DNA of 17,499 nucleotides, taken from Myxococcota bacterium. GTDB taxonomy: Bacteria; Myxococcota_A; UBA796; SXON01. Of the stretch, positions 15,899 through 17,499 are shown one piece after another. The notes below the pieces were generated by a model. The model did no database searches, was not told the DNA's origin, and saw only the letters and a list, made by a program, of their open reading frames with translations. The stretch is from the NCBI GenBank assembly GCA_040386535.1, contig JAZKFH010000083.1, positions 1-17,499 of the forward strand, written 5' to 3'. Both the position numbers and the translations under genes were made by a program. Within the stretch, counting starts at the first letter, position 1. Every line of letters begins with the position of its first letter.

Positions 15899-16315
15899 TC
15901 AGGACGTGGAGAGTTGGAAGGGGCCGTTCGAGACGACGTCGACCGTGGCGTACACGTTCGGGTTGGTCGCGCCGCCGAGCGCGAGCCGCACGCGGATCCA
16001 GGGCAGGAGCACGGCGCCGTTGTTGTCGATGACCTCGCGGTACGTGCCGTCGGTCGTGCGGCTCATGCCGCTTCCGATGTCGATCCAGTTCGTCCCGTCG
16101 ATCGACCCCTGGAGGAAGAGCTGGGCGGTCGGAGAGGTGACACCGCCCGCGAACGTCAACGACGTCACGAAGCGGAAGTCCTGAGTGTCGTCGGTCTGCA
16201 GGTCGCTCTGCGCGGGAAGCAGCCGGTACGCAGCACCGTTGGTAGCAACAGCAACTGGCGCGGTAGAGGGGATGTTCAAGAGCCGGGTCGTGACCTGGTT
16301 CGCGTAGCACTTCAT
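15899..16315 (-). CDS. Beta-sandwich protein (138 aa), putative minor virion (vertex/spike) protein
   Basis: Alternating beta-strand patterns. LQGSIDGTNWIDI and PWIRVRL resemble the S-x-D-G-x-x-W and R-x-x-R strands of galactose-binding-like jelly rolls. GAGG before ATG. Confidence 0.6.
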   Translation of the reverse strand: MKCYANQVTTRLLNIPSTAPVAVATNGAAYRLLPAQSDLQTDDTQDFRFVTSLTFAGGVTSPTAQLFLQGSIDGTNWIDIGSGMSRTTDGTYREVIDNNGAVLLPWIRVRLALGGATNPNVYATVDVVSNGPFQLSTS

Positions 16316-16324
16316 GGCACGGCC

Positions 16325-16954
16325 TCAGAGGTGAAGGAGAAAGACGACGCGGTACGCGAAGCTCCCCGCGGGGAGGACGCACCGCACGGTGGCGGCGTCC
16401 CCGATGGGGGCGCCTGGGAAGGGCTGTTTGTCCCCGGCGTACCGCCCGCGAGCGGTGCCGTTCACGTCGACGAGCTCGACGAAGGACGTGGAGAGAAGTG
16501 CGCTATCGGAGAGCTCCAGCCGGGCGAACTTCGCCCAGGGAGGCGGCACGACGGCCACGTTGCCCGCGCCCTCTTGGACGCGCGTTCCCCGGACCGTCCA
16601 TTGGTTCTCGGTGTCACATTGCCCGTCGGCGATGGCGGCCACGGCGCTGATGTTGGTTGAGGTCGAGAGGTTCGACCCGAACACCTGCAGCATCGTCGCG
16701 TGGACGCACACCCGCGTACAACGTGGCACGTCGAGGAGCGCCGACCGCTGCGCACCACCGCCGCCAGACCAGACGAGCCGCGCCTGCCAGGGCGTGCCTT
16801 CATCCGACCAGAGGTCGATGATGCGCCAGTCGCCGTCGCCCTGCCCGAGCGAGTGGGCGGTGAGCACCTCCACCTCGGCCCCGCCCGAGCCGGCAACGAG
16901 CGAAGCGGGGAGCTTCGCGTTGCCGGAACGGCGGGAGAGCTTGCAGGTGCCCAC
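16325..16954 (-). CDS. Beta-rich hypothetical protein (209 aa), possible virion structural protein
   Basis: G-rich RBS-like stretch before GTG and short gaps to both neighbours. Many short amphipathic strands (WQARLVWS, RVCVHATMLQVFG, AYRVVFLLHL). Confidence 0.65.
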   Translation of the reverse strand: MGTCKLSRRSGNAKLPASLVAGSGGAEVEVLTAHSLGQGDGDWRIIDLWSDEGTPWQARLVWSGGGGAQRSALLDVPRCTRVCVHATMLQVFGSNLSTSTNISAVAAIADGQCDTENQWTVRGTRVQEGAGNVAVVPPPWAKFARLELSDSALLSTSFVELVDVNGTARGRYAGDKQPFPGAPIGDAATVRCVLPAGSFAYRVVFLLHL

Positions 16955-16968
16955 GACTCACCCCCCGA

Positions 16969-17499
16969 TCAGCAGCTCGGGTTCTTGACGCGCGCCTTGC
17001 CGTAGAAGCTGAGCTTCAGGGCCGCGGTGGTCGAGCCCGCCGAGTAGTTGATGGTGACCGGTACGCCGGCCCGGAGCACGCGGCCGCCGAACGACGGCCC
17101 GTGGTACGCGGTGGGCGAGATCAGCGCCGCGTCGAGGTTGTCGAGCACCACCGGGTCGTCGCCCGAGATGATGGTGTTGATGGTCGCGGCGGTGTCACCC
17201 GTGGCGAAGATCTTCGACAGGTGGAGGCTGGTGCGCGGGGTGAGCGTCATGCTCATCGCCTGGCCGACCGAGGTGGCGACCGAGCCGGTGACGGTGACGT
17301 TGCGCTCCACGACCTTCCCCTTCTTCGCCTTCTTCAGGCGGCCCTCGAGCTGCTTGTTCCTGCGCGCGAGACGGCTGGCGCGGCGGCTCCCCGGGCGCAC
17401 GCGGCGGCGCCGCTTCCGGGCCGCGCCCACGTCGTCGCCGAGGTCGTCGTCGCCGAGGTCGTCGTCGCCGAGGTCGTCGTCGCCGAGGTCGTCGTCGCC
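16969..17499 (-). CDS. 5'-truncated protein: acidic (GDDDL)n repeat, Arg/Lys-rich arm and ~105-aa beta domain; candidate single-jelly-roll capsid protein
   Basis: The frame stays open past the track start (GTG 17430) to the window edge: GDDDLGDDDLGDDDLGDDDLGDDVGAARKRRRRVR..., then about eight predicted strands (MSMTLTP, LHLSKIFA, TINTIISG, VPVTINYS, LKLSFYG). The capsid call is inference. Confidence 0.6.
   Translation of the reverse strand, partial: GDDDLGDDDLGDDDLGDDDLGDDVGAARKRRRRVRPGSRRASRLARRNKQLEGRLKKAKKGKVVERNVTVTGSVATSVGQAMSMTLTPRTSLHLSKIFATGDTAATINTIISGDDPVVLDNLDAALISPTAYHGPSFGGRVLRAGVPVTINYSAGSTTAALKLSFYGKARVKNPSC
17431..17499. repeat. Perfect 15-bp coding tandem repeat (GTCGTCGTCGCCGAG, ~4.6 units)
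   Basis: Read directly. It encodes LGDDD on the minus strand and runs off the end of the window. Confidence 0.95.

Larger units (their letters stand above)
1723..17499 (-). mobile_element. Part of a putative provirus or virus-like element (right side truncated)
   Basis: 13 co-oriented coupled genes combine structural-like, protease, lysis-like and DarB-like/MTase functions, next to host-like lipoprotein genes. No integrase or att site was seen, so boundaries are approximate. Confidence 0.65.

Noticed and set aside
17431..17499. Terminal repeat as a CRISPR array
   Set aside because: The 15-bp units are head-to-tail with no spacers and lie in frame in a CDS.

Overview
High-GC window with two parts. 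(1) 1827-17499 is a continuous minus-strand cluster of 13 genes, with five 4-nt stop/start overlaps and all other gaps of 38 nt or less. It looks like the late region of an uncharacterised virus or provirus. In transcription order it holds a truncated gene with an acidic (GDDDL)n repeat, an Arg/Lys arm and a beta-rich domain (possible jelly-roll capsid protein); two more beta-rich proteins; a transglutaminase-like Cys-His-Asp enzyme; charged and membrane proteins; a 1710-aa DarB-like adenine methyltransferase/SNF2 helicase; a membrane-anchored lysozyme-like protein; a holin-like protein; a C5 cytosine methyltransferase; and a 912-aa GHKL ATPase/HEXXH metallopeptidase fusion. A candidate terminator follows at 1723-1755. 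(2) 1-1500 looks like host flank: a hairpin, four degenerate ~85-bp repeats and two convergent Cys-rich lipoprotein genes of myxobacterial style (host assignment is inference). The strongest unexplained signal is a ~47-aa module shared, without gaps, between the N-terminus of the DarB-like protein and the C-terminus of the GHKL protein (17/47 identities by hand). Recurrent [V/L]G motifs at charge or hydrophobicity boundaries suggest proteolytic maturation. I recognised no integrase, packaging ATPase, terminase, portal, tail gene, RNA gene or CRISPR array. All family calls come from motifs read by eye; no searches were run.
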